DNA of 64,000 nt from an uncultured archaeon (GTDB lineage Archaea > Aenigmatarchaeota > Aenigmatarchaeia > GW2011-AR5), in the NCBI GenBank assembly GCA_964373255.1, contig CAYJTG010000005.1, forward strand, positions 10,638 to 74,637, read 5' to 3'. The notes beneath the pieces are model-generated. The model made no database searches. It saw nothing but the letters and a program-made list of their open reading frames with translations, and was not told the origin of the DNA. Position numbers and translations under genes: made by a program. Of the stretch, positions 1 through 9,505 are shown piece by piece; within the stretch, counting starts at the first letter, position 1; the number at the start of each line of letters is the position of its first letter.

Positions 1-645
1 CTGGCCGTCAAACACTGCATGGACCACGGATGGGACACCACGCTTATAGCTGTGCAGCCGCGAAGCGCAGAGGCGTACATATGGCACTACCCTGCAGTGT
101 GGATGACAAAGCTCTCAGCCGAAGCGATGAATTTGCCCATAATCCAGGCGCAGACAGACGAGATAGGAAGCCAGGAAGAAGTCCTATGCCTTAATGATGT
201 TTTTTCTAAGAACAAGTTTGACGCCGTTGTCCTGGGCGGCGTTGGGCTTCAGGAGACGCAGATCAGAGAGGTCAAAAAAATAGCGGACAAATTCGGTATG
301 AAGACAATTGTGCCGTACACGAACCTGACGTCAGAGCAATTACTGAAAGAAGAAATTGATTCGGGCCTCGATATATTGCTTACAGAGGCGGCAGCGGGCG
401 GGCTCACAAAGGATTTAATCGGTATGCAGATCAACAATAATTTTCTTCTTATCAAGCAATTAAGCGAGAAACACGGCTTTGACGTACTCGGCGAAGGCGG
501 GTCGTACAATACATTCGTTACAGACGCTCCTTTCTTCAAAAAGCGAATAGATATTCTGGACTACGATACTCTTTGGGACGATGCTACAAGAAGCGGATAC
601 ATGGATGTACACTCTGCTAAGCTTGTAGAGAAGATTCAAAAATAA
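1..645 (+). CDS. Diphthine-ammonia ligase-like PP-loop ATPase (MJ0570/Dph6 family), 5'-truncated by window edge
   Basis: Frame 1 is open from base 1 (LAVKHCMDH...). C-terminal block GEGGSYNTFVTDAPFFKKRID resembles the GEGGEYE..D.P.F motif of the MJ0570/Dph6 family. dph5 lies 5.5 kb downstream. Confidence 0.5.
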   Translation: MAVKHCMDHGWDTTLIAVQPRSAEAYIWHYPAVWMTKLSAEAMNLPIIQAQTDEIGSQEEVLCLNDVFSKNKFDAVVLGGVGLQETQIREVKKIADKFGMKTIVPYTNLTSEQLLKEEIDSGLDILLTEAAAGGLTKDLIGMQINNNFLLIKQLSEKHGFDVLGEGGSYNTFVTDAPFFKKRIDILDYDTLWDDATRSGYMDVHSAKLVEKIQK

Positions 646-685
646 AATGAGAAAATAGCAATGGACCAGCAATCCACCTATTCGC

Positions 686-1243
686 CTATTTCGCCTTTAG
701 CGTCTTCAGTGTCGCCTCTAATTTTTTCACAGCCTTCTTCACGGCGTCCAGCGACTTGGCGCCTGCGCAGACCGCACGGCCGGAAGAGAAAAGCAAGAAG
801 GCGACCTTGGGCTCGTATATCCTGTAGACAAGGCCGGGAAACTGCTCTGGTTCATACTCACTGTTCTCCAGTTGAAATGCTAATTGGTCTAAATTGAGCT
901 CGTGGCCAAGATTTATGGCGACGACAATATTTTCTATCTTTACCTTGAGGTTGTTTTCGTTGAATCTTATTCCTATCTTCTTTATCTTTCCGACCGTTAT
1001 CTTCAACGCCAGTTTTGCAGCCGTCGTGCTGCGCGCGCCAACGCATATTATTTTTCCTGACCTGAAGATGAGTGTAGCAACCTTTGGCTCGTCCAATCGA
1101 AAAACAAGGCCTGGAAACTGCTCGGGCTCGTATTCGCTCGCTTCTAGAACTGTCAGCAGTTTGTCGAGCGATATTATTTTTTTGATGTCCGTAGAAGCAA
1201 CAACGTTCTCAACCTTTATTTTTTCGACCATCTTATCCACCAA
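686..1243 (-). CDS. tbp: TATA-box binding protein
   Basis: Two direct ~90-aa TBP repeats, each with ...SEYEPEQFPGLV(F/Y)R..PKVA.L.F.SG(K/R)..C.GA.S. 185 aa; TTG start in the ORF track. Confidence 0.9.
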   Translation of the reverse strand: MVDKMVEKIKVENVVASTDIKKIISLDKLLTVLEASEYEPEQFPGLVFRLDEPKVATLIFRSGKIICVGARSTTAAKLALKITVGKIKKIGIRFNENNLKVKIENIVVAINLGHELNLDQLAFQLENSEYEPEQFPGLVYRIYEPKVAFLLFSSGRAVCAGAKSLDAVKKAVKKLEATLKTLKAK

Positions 1244-1268
1244 AAATCTTTTTTATTTGCAGAAGATT

Positions 1269-1278
1269 ATTTATATAA
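1269..1278. promoter_or_regulatory. TATA-like box (atttatataa) in the divergent tbp / yjbQ intergenic region
   Basis: AT-rich TATA-like octamer about 20-25 bp upstream of the first ATG (1302) of the downstream gene. It is the only strong TATA-like motif in the 49-bp divergent spacer. Confidence 0.3.
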
Positions 1279-1301
1279 GGAAGGCTTAAATAGTGATTGA
1301 T

Positions 1302-1697
1302 ATGCTTTACAGAAATATTATCGAACTTGAGACAGAGCCTGAAAAATTATACGACATCACAAGCAGGGTGAAGTCTATTCTGACTGAGTCCAAGATAGCC
1401 AACGGCGTATGCTACGTCTTTCTCCAGGCGACCACCGCCGGTCTGATGGTCAACGAGAACAACAAGATGCTTTTCGAGGACTTCAGGCGCGTCTTCGATG
1501 ACGTTGCGCCGCACACAAGATTGTACCAGCACCCCGACAATGCGGCGTCGCACATAAAGGCTTCCATGCTCTCGCAACACCTGACACTGCCGGTCGCCAA
1601 CAGTCAACTGCTTCTGGGCAAATGGCAGAGCATTTTGTTATGGGAATTCGACGTGCGCGACCGCAAAAGAACTGTAATCGTCACGGTCGGCTACTGA
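1302..1697 (+). CDS. YjbQ/UPF0047 family protein (secondary thiamine-phosphate synthase-like)
   Basis: UPF0047 signature region: GVCYVFLQATTAGLMVNEN...HIKASMLSQHLTLPV...GKWQSILLWEFD. Track ORF 1293 uses GTG; first ATG is at 1302. Confidence 0.7.
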   Translation: MLYRNIIELETEPEKLYDITSRVKSILTESKIANGVCYVFLQATTAGLMVNENNKMLFEDFRRVFDDVAPHTRLYQHPDNAASHIKASMLSQHLTLPVANSQLLLGKWQSILLWEFDVRDRKRTVIVTVGY

Positions 1698-1740
1698 AGC
1701 AATGCGAAACGTTTTTAGAGTTTCATGACAACTAATTTCT

Positions 1741-2124
1741 ATGCTTTTCAACAATATAAATCACGTAGCAATAATTTGTTCTGATTTTGAAAAATCGAAG
1801 GATTTTTATGTAAATAAATTAGGGTTGAAAATTATCGATGAAATAATTCATCCTATCAGAAAAACAAAAGTGCTTTATCTGGACGCTAATAATGCCGTAA
1901 TAGAGCTGTTTCATTTTCACGATCCGCCAAAACGGTTGGAGTGGCCGGAAGCAGCCGGATTAAGGCATCTGGCATTCGAAGTCGATAATTTTGATGAAAC
2001 AATAAATAAACTCAGTAAACTCGGTATTACAACAGAAAACATACGGGTAGATTCAAGAACAGGCAAACGGCTGACGTTCTTTAAAGACCCGGACAACCTG
2101 CCTATAGAAATAGATGAAATATAA
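1741..2124 (+). CDS. VOC/glyoxalase-bleomycin resistance family protein
   Basis: Starts INHVAIICSDFEKSKDFYVNKLGL, typical of the VOC superfamily N-terminal beta-alpha-beta module. 127 aa. Confidence 0.6.
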   Translation: MLFNNINHVAIICSDFEKSKDFYVNKLGLKIIDEIIHPIRKTKVLYLDANNAVIELFHFHDPPKRLEWPEAAGLRHLAFEVDNFDETINKLSKLGITTENIRVDSRTGKRLTFFKDPDNLPIEIDEI

Positions 2125-2196
2125 ATAAAATGTTCCACACGAAGCGCAGGAAACGATGGAGTATATTATTAAAAGTCTTCTTCTTTATTAGGAATC

Positions 2197-4176
2197 ATGG
2201 ACGCGGTTGACAGGCTGGATGAATTCATACGCGAATATTATCATTCTGATTTAATCAAGGCACTAAAGGAAGACCGCGCCTTGACCGTAGACTTTTCTAT
2301 GATTGACAGGTTTGACCCAATTATAGCCGACCAGTTGCTGGAGGACCCGGATGCTATAATAAAAATATTTGACGAGGCAGCAGAGAGGATCTCTAATGAA
2401 AAGATCCATGTAAGAATAAGGAACCTGCCCCAGAGCAGGATGATAAGAATAAGGAACCTGCGGTCCAAGCATATCAGAAAATTTATGACGGTCGACGCGA
2501 TTATAAAAGCTGCTTCCGAGGTAAAGCCGCAGATATACGAGGTCGTGTTTGAGTGCCCGGAATGCAGTGCAAAGATTTCTGTTCCTCAGGAGACAAACAT
2601 CGTCCAGAAACCGCTCCAGTGCGACTGCGGCCGCCGCGGCGATTTCAAAACTCTCAAAAAAAGCATGTACGACATAAGGTGGCTTACCGCCGTTGAGCCG
2701 TTCGAAATAACAACAGGCGAGCAGCCGGGACAGATATCTATTTTGCTTAAGGAAGACCTCACGACACCAAGGATGCAGAAGAAAACCGATCCTGGCAGCA
2801 AGCTGAAGTTCACAGGCATTCTGAAGGAATTGCCGAAGCGTATAAAGGGAAAATTGTCCACAAAAATGGATATGTATATTGAGGCCAACCACGTGGAGTC
2901 GAGCGACATCGAATTCGAGGAACTGGATATAACGCCTGAGGATGAAAAACTCATAAAGGATCTTGCGAATGACCCAGCTGTCTACGATAGGCTGATCGCA
3001 TCGATAGCGCCCGGAATCTTCGGGTTTGAGGAAATAAAGGAGTCCATTATGCTCCAGCTCTTTGGCGGCGTTGCTCACGTCTTGCCAGACGGCTCTCGCA
3101 TCAGGGGCAACATACATATATTGCTGACAGGGGATCCTGGAATTGGAAAAAGCGTTCTGCTGAAATTGGTTTCTTCTCTCGTTCCTCGGGGCCGCTATGT
3201 TTCCGGGTCAGGTGTCTCGGGTGCAGGACTTACGGCCACAGTGGTAAAAAATGAGGCCATAGGCGGATGGGTCCTTGAAGCAGGAGCCCTGATACTGTGC
3301 AACAAAGGGCTTATTGCCATAGACGAGTTCGACAAGATGAGCAGGGACGACCAGATTGCAATGCACGAAGCGACAAGCATCGAGACGGTCAGCATTGCAA
3401 AAGCCTCTATCGTGGCCACGCTCCCGGCACAGACAGCCGTGCTCGCGGGCGCGAACCCGAAGTTCGGACGTTTTGATCCGTACGTCCCTATCGCACAGCA
3501 GATAGACATACCAGAAACTCTGTTGTCAAGGTTTGATCTGAAATTCGCCCTTCGTGACATTCCCGACAGGACAAAAGACGAAAAGCTGGCGTCGCATATA
3601 GTCGCGTCAAGGGCATCGCCTGAATTTGCCGAGCCGCCCATTGGCACGAATCTGCTGAGAAAATATATCGCCTACACAAAAAAGATAACGGACATCGAAC
3701 TCACGCCAGACGTCGCAAACATGATAAAAAATTTCTACGTTGACATGAGAAACCAGTATTCTGGCGAGGAGGTACAGACGGTGAGCATAACGCTGAGACA
3801 GTACGAAGCATTAATAAGATTAGCAGAGGCGTCGGCAAAGATAAGGCTTGACACAAAGGTACGCATCACAGACGCGGAGCGCGCTATAAAGCTTATGAAA
3901 GCAACGCTCTACCAGCTTGGCTACGACGTCGAATCAGGCCGCATAGACATAGACAGGGTCGAGGGCGGAGTGCCGGCAACAAAGAGGAGGAAGATATTCA
4001 TCGTGCTCGACATACTTGAAAGGCTGCAGAAGGAGGTCGGAAAAGAGGTCTCGATAGAAGACCTGAAGGCAGAGGCTGAGAGCGAGGGCATCGAAGACGC
4101 TCAGGATATTATTGACAACCTGACACGGGAAGGGACAATCTTCCAGCCGCGATCCGGCTTTGTGAGAAAGGTTTAA
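2197..4176 (+). CDS. mcm: MCM replicative helicase
   Basis: Zn finger CPECSAKI...CDCG, Walker A GDPGIGKS, Walker B IDEFDKM, arginine finger SRFDL, and C-terminal winged helix. 659 aa. Confidence 0.9.
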   Translation: MDAVDRLDEFIREYYHSDLIKALKEDRALTVDFSMIDRFDPIIADQLLEDPDAIIKIFDEAAERISNEKIHVRIRNLPQSRMIRIRNLRSKHIRKFMTVDAIIKAASEVKPQIYEVVFECPECSAKISVPQETNIVQKPLQCDCGRRGDFKTLKKSMYDIRWLTAVEPFEITTGEQPGQISILLKEDLTTPRMQKKTDPGSKLKFTGILKELPKRIKGKLSTKMDMYIEANHVESSDIEFEELDITPEDEKLIKDLANDPAVYDRLIASIAPGIFGFEEIKESIMLQLFGGVAHVLPDGSRIRGNIHILLTGDPGIGKSVLLKLVSSLVPRGRYVSGSGVSGAGLTATVVKNEAIGGWVLEAGALILCNKGLIAIDEFDKMSRDDQIAMHEATSIETVSIAKASIVATLPAQTAVLAGANPKFGRFDPYVPIAQQIDIPETLLSRFDLKFALRDIPDRTKDEKLASHIVASRASPEFAEPPIGTNLLRKYIAYTKKITDIELTPDVANMIKNFYVDMRNQYSGEEVQTVSITLRQYEALIRLAEASAKIRLDTKVRITDAERAIKLMKATLYQLGYDVESGRIDIDRVEGGVPATKRRKIFIVLDILERLQKEVGKEVSIEDLKAEAESEGIEDAQDIIDNLTREGTIFQPRSGFVRKV

Positions 4177-4201
4177 AATAATCTACAAACAAGAAATAAT
4201 A

Positions 4202-4963
4202 TTGAAAATAAAGGGATCGGTAATGGAGAAGAAAAGACTGACGGCAATAAAATCAGACGTAAAGTCGATAACGAAGGGAAAATACGTGCAGCAGGAAGGG
4301 TTCAACCCGAATTACACCCTTACAGACACAGGGATGAGGCTATCCAGGGTTCGGGTTCTTGCAACGGTTGTTGACAAGTTCTTGTCTGAAAGCGGAAAAT
4401 TTGCAGCCGTCACGCTGGACGACGGAACAGACACCATACGAGCAAAGGTCTTCAACGCCGTGTCCATGTTTGAAAATCTTAACGTCGGCGACACGACCGA
4501 CGTCATAGCAAGGGTGAAAGAATACAACAACGAAATTTATATCGTGCCTGAAATGATAACAAAAATCGAGGACCCTAATTTTGAGACGCTGAGAAAGCTG
4601 GAAATTATGCGCCAGGAAAAGATTATGCAGAAGAAGCGCGAAGTAGTGATTTCATATAAGAACCAGACAGCCGACGCATCGGAACTTTCTCGTTTATTAA
4701 AAGAGCGGGAAAATATCGATGAAGAGGACGTAGAGGCTATACTGCATTCGCATACCATCGAGAAAAAGCCCGCTGAAGAGTCCGATAACAAGGAAGCCGT
4801 GCTTGACATGATAGCAAAGCTCGACACGGGGCCTGGGTGTGATTACTCAGAGCTCCTCGAAGCGTCTAAGTTGCCCGAAGAGGTCATCGATTCTATAGTC
4901 AACGAGCTCCTGTCAGACGGCGTGTGCTTTGAACCCAAGCCCGGAAAGATAAAGAAGCTGTAA
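4202..4963 (+). CDS. OB-fold nucleic-acid-binding protein with C-terminal winged helix (RPA2/RPA32-like), immediately downstream of mcm
   Basis: Central region RVRVLATVVDKFLSESGKFAAVTLDDGTDTIRAKVF...YIVPEMI has an OB-fold pattern. Acidic linker, then C-terminal KLDTGPGCDYSELLEASKLPEEVIDSIVNELLSDGVCFEP, a winged-helix-like segment. Confidence 0.35.
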   Translation: MKIKGSVMEKKRLTAIKSDVKSITKGKYVQQEGFNPNYTLTDTGMRLSRVRVLATVVDKFLSESGKFAAVTLDDGTDTIRAKVFNAVSMFENLNVGDTTDVIARVKEYNNEIYIVPEMITKIEDPNFETLRKLEIMRQEKIMQKKREVVISYKNQTADASELSRLLKERENIDEEDVEAILHSHTIEKKPAEESDNKEAVLDMIAKLDTGPGCDYSELLEASKLPEEVIDSIVNELLSDGVCFEPKPGKIKKL

Positions 4964-4989
4964 GAAATGTCAAAGCGATAGTAATGATA

Positions 4990-5535
4990 TCAATCCTTTC
5001 TTTTCTTCCTGAATTTTATTTCTTTTATTGATTTCACGCCTGATTTCTGCGGCTCTTCTATCACTAAATATTCTTCTAGCAGCTTTTTTTCTTCCTTAGC
5101 GCGGTCTCTCGACAAAAGATCGTTCTTTATACGCGGTTTCTGTACAGACCCTTCTTTCTCTTTCTGTGCAGGCGTCTCCTTCTGCGCAGCATTCGGTTTT
5201 TCCGTTTTTGGCGCTGTTTTGAATTCTGGTATAACCTTTTTTGCGGCCTTTTTACCGTACTTCACTATCGTGTAGGCAGACTTTATGACGAGATAGCCAA
5301 AATACGCTATCAACCCCAGGACGATAAACGACGTTATGGCGTTTGCATCGGCTGGCACTGATAATCCAAGAACACGGCTGCCTATTATGGGAAACAACAC
5401 GGCGGCGACTATTATGTATATTGCATTCATCACAATTTTCATGACCTGCTTTATCGCCAGAACAAAGAGAATGAAAATTATAAGCAGAAGAATGCCCTGG
5501 TTGCTTAGCAGCGGGTACAAAGATTCGAGCGCCAT
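4990..5535 (-). CDS. Membrane protein (3 predicted TM helices) with Lys-rich C-terminal tail, unknown function
   Basis: Hydrophobic N-terminal half (LLLIIFILFVLAI..., IYIIVAAVLFPII..., FIVLGLIAYFGYLVI) followed by a KKxxK-rich hydrophilic tail. Confidence 0.3.
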   Translation of the reverse strand: MALESLYPLLSNQGILLLIIFILFVLAIKQVMKIVMNAIYIIVAAVLFPIIGSRVLGLSVPADANAITSFIVLGLIAYFGYLVIKSAYTIVKYGKKAAKKVIPEFKTAPKTEKPNAAQKETPAQKEKEGSVQKPRIKNDLLSRDRAKEEKKLLEEYLVIEEPQKSGVKSIKEIKFRKKRKD

Positions 5536-5685
5536 AGTAGATCAAGATAGATTTGTGTTCGCCCGCTTATATAGTGAAACCAGAATTAGGAGTCCAAGAA
5601 AATTATATGCTGATTGTTTTCTTGGGCGACTATAAATGCTTTTATATCCTTCTGTTACATTATTTTCTCTAAAGGTGTAAAATAA

Positions 5686-5865
5686 TGTCAAAAGTTCAAG
5701 TCCTCAGAGGTGTCCTGAAAACATTCTGGTGGATGACAATGGAAGACTGGCAGCAGTTAGACCGCAAATTCTACAGGATCGTTTTCGGCGCAGCCGGGTT
5801 TATTGTAGTGGCCTTATTCTGGTTCTATTTCCTCAGGAACGTTTTTCCGTATCCGTTCTAAGGAA
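5686..5865 (+). CDS. Small membrane protein (59 aa), below the ORF-track cutoff
   Basis: ATG at 5686 (MSKVQVLRGVLKTFWWMTMEDWQQLDRKFYRIVFGAAGFIVVALFWFYFLRNVFPYPF) with one TM segment. Coding status uncertain. Confidence 0.2.
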
Positions 5866-5883
5866 TAAATATTATTTTTGAAT

Positions 5884-6168
5884 TCATTCTTTCTCTGTCT
5901 CGATAATTCCCGCGTGCTCTAGCGTCTCGAGAATGCCCCATGCATAAACCACGGCTTCAAACGCCCTCACGAGGTCTTTTTTGTCGAGAAAGTGACTTGT
6001 GTCCGATATGTAGGCGTCAAGATTTTTTAGTATAGATTCTTTTTCCTTATCGGCTAAATTAATGCAGACTCTTTTTGCTTTGATATCTTTCAGCATCTTT
6101 TTCGTTTGTCTTAGCAATTCATCAGCAATTTGAAGCTGCTTCGCAGCTTCTGTTTTCTTTATTTCCAT
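5884..6168 (-). CDS. Small conserved alpha-helical archaeal protein (DUF357-like?), overlaps the dph5 start by 10 nt
   Basis: 94 aa; charged helical N-terminus; conserved-looking C-terminus ...AFEAVVYAWGILETLEHAGII. Same strand as dph5 and co-oriented with it. Confidence 0.3.
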   Translation of the reverse strand: MEIKKTEAAKQLQIADELLRQTKKMLKDIKAKRVCINLADKEKESILKNLDAYISDTSHFLDKKDLVRAFEAVVYAWGILETLEHAGIIETEKE

Positions 6169-6890
6169 AGTTCCAGCGCCTCCTCTTCCTTGAAATTAAG
6201 CTCGCCAGGTACAATTATGGCCGCCGGCACTTTGTCCAGTTCTTTTCTGTTTGCCAAATCTTTCATTTTCCCGTACCTTATTGCGCCCCTGTCGCTTCCG
6301 AGCCGGCAGCACGCAATTATTTTTTCGCTATCAGAGAAGCCGGACCTCACCATATTTTCTATGGCGTCTTTTATTTTCATGTATTTATTTTCAGATCTGT
6401 TGACGTCTAACAATACAAGGGTATGGAGCCCGCGGCTCTTGTTCTGCCTGATGACATCGTAGGGGCTCTTTGGGTCAAAATTCTTCTGTGGAAACACCAG
6501 CGTGGTTGAGCGGCCGAACTTGTACAGCTGAAGCCCTGTTTCTGCTATAGCCGTGTATACGCTGGCCGCGTGGATTATGCTTATCCTTATGCATTTTCGC
6601 CTCGCCTCCATGACAAGCTCGATATGCGTCGTCGCAGAGAGCGGGTCGCCCGGTATAAGCAAAGCCACCTTCTTGTTTTTTGCACTATTGAGCACGGAAT
6701 TGTTCTCAACAGATTCCCGTTCCATCAGTATTATTTTCTTTCCTATGATTTTCTCCAGTCTTTTCAGGTCGCCGTGCCACACGTTAGTGTACATCTCCGC
6801 GTAAACGCTGTGGCACTTTTTTAGCGTCTCTATAGAATTTAGCGACAAATCCTTTTCGTCGTTCAGGCCAAGGCCTATGAGGTAAAGCAT
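6159..6890 (-). CDS. dph5: Diphthine synthase (Dph5), tetrapyrrole-methylase fold
   Basis: N-terminal MLYLIGLGLNDEKDLSLNSIETLKKCHSVYAE and GDPLSATTH motifs are typical of archaeal Dph5. 243 aa. Confidence 0.85.
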   Translation of the reverse strand: MLYLIGLGLNDEKDLSLNSIETLKKCHSVYAEMYTNVWHGDLKRLEKIIGKKIILMERESVENNSVLNSAKNKKVALLIPGDPLSATTHIELVMEARRKCIRISIIHAASVYTAIAETGLQLYKFGRSTTLVFPQKNFDPKSPYDVIRQNKSRGLHTLVLLDVNRSENKYMKIKDAIENMVRSGFSDSEKIIACCRLGSDRGAIRYGKMKDLANRKELDKVPAAIIVPGELNFKEEEALELWK

Positions 6891-6942
6891 AGATCATGTA
6901 TGGAGAAAACGCATTTAAAAAGACTTTTGTTTTAGTTAGCTC

Positions 6943-7866
6943 ATGGAAATAGAAACATTACGTGAAACAAAAGAAAGATTGATCATTCCACCTGTTAGTT
7001 CTATTTATCCAGCACTAGGCGTGGCTTACGAGAATGGAGGCTATGAAATAAATCACGCAGGCCTACTTGTAAGGACAGGCAAACATTATTATTATTCTAA
7101 AGCCGAAATCCCTGCGGGATTTCGCATGACAACGGCTGGCGAAGAGCTTGCAATCCAGATTCCATACGAAATAGTTGCAAAGATTCTTGAAAGAACTGAC
7201 GTAAAGGACGTATTGGCAGCCAAGAGCTATACTGATATCAAACAGATTCTTGAATCTTACGCAAAAACCACATCAGAAAAGTCCGCCATTCAATATGTCT
7301 TTGATGCGGAGTCGGAATCAATCCAGCAAACAATTGACGAAAAAGATAAATTGATCATAGACCCGAGAAAAGCCAAGGTCTTTGACGACCTTTTCGCAAG
7401 AGGACCTGACGAAATATACATGTGGCAGTGGACAGAAACGGGACTTCGAGTGCCAAAAGGAAGGGAAGCAGGCAAATACGAAACAGATGCCCAAGGCAGA
7501 AAGTATTGGGCCAGAATAGTTCTTGACGGCGATAAGGAAATCGGAGAAATTTTTGTTCCAGAAGGCGACAGTAGATTAGTTGCTGAATGGGACGAAGTTT
7601 TCGGTGTCCCACGAGTTACAATAGAAAACATGGGCTTTCCACACAAGCCTTATACTACTCACTTTTGGTTTAATGCGACTCCCAACTTAGACAGCACATC
7701 AGGACATTATGACGTTGCCGTCGAGCGCTGGGGCTACTGGCATCGCGATGTCGACGGGGGGTGCCTCGGCGTCGGGGCGAGCTACTGGCGCCTGACTGCG
7801 GGTTCGGCCGACGGCTTCCGCCTCGTTCGGGGGTCGCTACCTGAAATCATTAAAAAAGCAGCTTAA
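6943..7866 (+). CDS. Hypothetical protein with a GC-rich, Gly/Arg/Trp-rich C-terminal segment
   Basis: 307-aa ORF with no recognised motifs. Last ~45 codons (7720-7850) are ~68% GC against ~42% for the window. Confidence 0.3.
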   Translation: MEIETLRETKERLIIPPVSSIYPALGVAYENGGYEINHAGLLVRTGKHYYYSKAEIPAGFRMTTAGEELAIQIPYEIVAKILERTDVKDVLAAKSYTDIKQILESYAKTTSEKSAIQYVFDAESESIQQTIDEKDKLIIDPRKAKVFDDLFARGPDEIYMWQWTETGLRVPKGREAGKYETDAQGRKYWARIVLDGDKEIGEIFVPEGDSRLVAEWDEVFGVPRVTIENMGFPHKPYTTHFWFNATPNLDSTSGHYDVAVERWGYWHRDVDGGCLGVGASYWRLTAGSADGFRLVRGSLPEIIKKAA

Positions 7867-7880
7867 CTTTATCTTCAATA

Positions 7881-8147
7881 TTACGGGCTCTTATATTTCT
7901 CCTGCGACCTCTTTGAAAGGTAGACCGGAATAAGGAGCAGAACAAGAAATGCGAGCCCTATGGATAGCACGCCGGAAAGTGTCGTCAGCGCAGGCGTGAT
8001 GTCCGTGCCTACAACAAGGCCCGCCTGCGGAACGTTGAGTATGTAGTTCTTCACTACGTATACCAGAAGGTTTATGCCAATAATTAAAATTATCAGGGTT
8101 ACGATAAGCCTCTTCACATCTTTTGCCGACATGATTAAACATTGCAT
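7881..8147 (-). CDS. Small membrane protein (2 TM), unknown
   Basis: 88 aa; two long hydrophobic stretches (LIVTLIILIIGINLLVYVV; LSIGLAFLVLLLIPVYL). Confidence 0.25.
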   Translation of the reverse strand: MQCLIMSAKDVKRLIVTLIILIIGINLLVYVVKNYILNVPQAGLVVGTDITPALTTLSGVLSIGLAFLVLLLIPVYLSKRSQEKYKSP

Positions 8148-8185
8148 TCTTGTGTTTTTATAATGTTTTATGATATAGTATTTTT

Positions 8186-9505
8186 ATGGAATACGAAAAA
8201 AGCGGCTATGAAAAGGAAGGCGACTTCTCGGTCGACGCGTCAAAAGTAGAAACGCCCTACAGGGCGTGGAGCATAAGCACGGGAGGAAGTATTTTATCGT
8301 CGCCTTCTATTGTTGACGGCATGATTGTCTTTGGCTCTAACGATACATACGTCTATGCGCTTGACCTCGAAGGAAATAAATTATGGAGCTATAAAACAAA
8401 CGATATTGTATTCTCCTCGCCGACAGCTTGTGGTGACACAATAGTCGTAGGGTCCTCCGACCAGCACCTCTACGCATTTTCCAGAAATGGCGATCTGAGG
8501 TGGAAATTCCTTACAGGCTCAAAGGTATGGTCGACGCCTCTTGTAGTTGATGGCGTTGTGTATATAGGATCCAACAACGGCATATTTCACGCGCTTTCAC
8601 TGGAAGACGGGAAAGAGCTGTGGAGATTTCATGCTTCTAATCAGGAATTTTTCATGTCGGCTTCCGCGGTCAACGATTCTATAATTTTTGGCAATATGAG
8701 CGGTCTTGTATACTGCGTTTCTTCTGATGGACGTCTCCTGTGGAAACTGCAGTGCGGTGAGCATACAACACAGACGCCTCTTGTGGTCAATAAAGATTGG
8801 GAAGAAATAGGCGGCTTCCATAAAAGGTCTTTTTATAGCATGCCACGCGATAACAAATCTCGGATCGTTATAGGTTCTGGGGACGGCTACATGAGATGCC
8901 TGGATGTAGAAGACGGAGCCTTGCTGTGGAAATTCTTTGCAAACAGCCTGAGCATTTCGTCGCCCGCTATTCAAGACAAAACAATATGCTTTGGCTCTCA
9001 CGATGGCAGATTATATTTGATTGATACAGACGGTCATATAAAATGGAAATTTCAGACAGGCAACAGAGTGGTCTCTTCGCCGCTTTTTCACGATGATACG
9101 GTCTATTTCGGCTCATCAGACAACAACGCTTATGCACTATCGCACGATGGCGAATTGTTGTGGCGCTTCCTTACCGACGGAGAAATCGTTTCATCACCCG
9201 TTGTTCACAAGGACGTTATTTATTTCGGCTCGTGGGACGGGCATCTCTATGCTTTATCCATCAAAGACTGCACGCTTCTCTGGAAATTCCGTACAGCGCT
9301 CGGCTTCCCGTCTTACATTAAAAAACCGACTATGACAGAAGAGAAGAAACAGGCAATGAATTTTATTGATACAGGAACAACGAAAGGCTACAATGTAAAA
9401 AGCTCAAATTATTCCCTGCTTACTGGAGAAATGACCAATGCGTTTTACACATCAAGCCCTATTTATAAGCGCAAGTCGCCTTACGATATTGGCGAGAAAT
9501 ATTAA
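8186..9505 (+). CDS. PQQ-like beta-propeller repeat protein
   Basis: At least 8 repeats of the pattern G.VY.GS.DG.L.A.....G...W.F.T (e.g. DTVYFGSSDNNAYALSHDGELLWRF). 439 aa; no obvious signal peptide. Confidence 0.7.
   Translation: MEYEKSGYEKEGDFSVDASKVETPYRAWSISTGGSILSSPSIVDGMIVFGSNDTYVYALDLEGNKLWSYKTNDIVFSSPTACGDTIVVGSSDQHLYAFSRNGDLRWKFLTGSKVWSTPLVVDGVVYIGSNNGIFHALSLEDGKELWRFHASNQEFFMSASAVNDSIIFGNMSGLVYCVSSDGRLLWKLQCGEHTTQTPLVVNKDWEEIGGFHKRSFYSMPRDNKSRIVIGSGDGYMRCLDVEDGALLWKFFANSLSISSPAIQDKTICFGSHDGRLYLIDTDGHIKWKFQTGNRVVSSPLFHDDTVYFGSSDNNAYALSHDGELLWRFLTDGEIVSSPVVHKDVIYFGSWDGHLYALSIKDCTLLWKFRTALGFPSYIKKPTMTEEKKQAMNFIDTGTTKGYNVKSSNYSLLTGEMTNAFYTSSPIYKRKSPYDIGEKY

Noticed and set aside
2263-3117. 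284-aa minus-strand ORF, plus 2586-2954 and 3195-3647, inside the mcm locus
   Set aside because: Antisense to a confidently identified MCM gene with intact motifs. No independent support, and composition typical of antisense frames.
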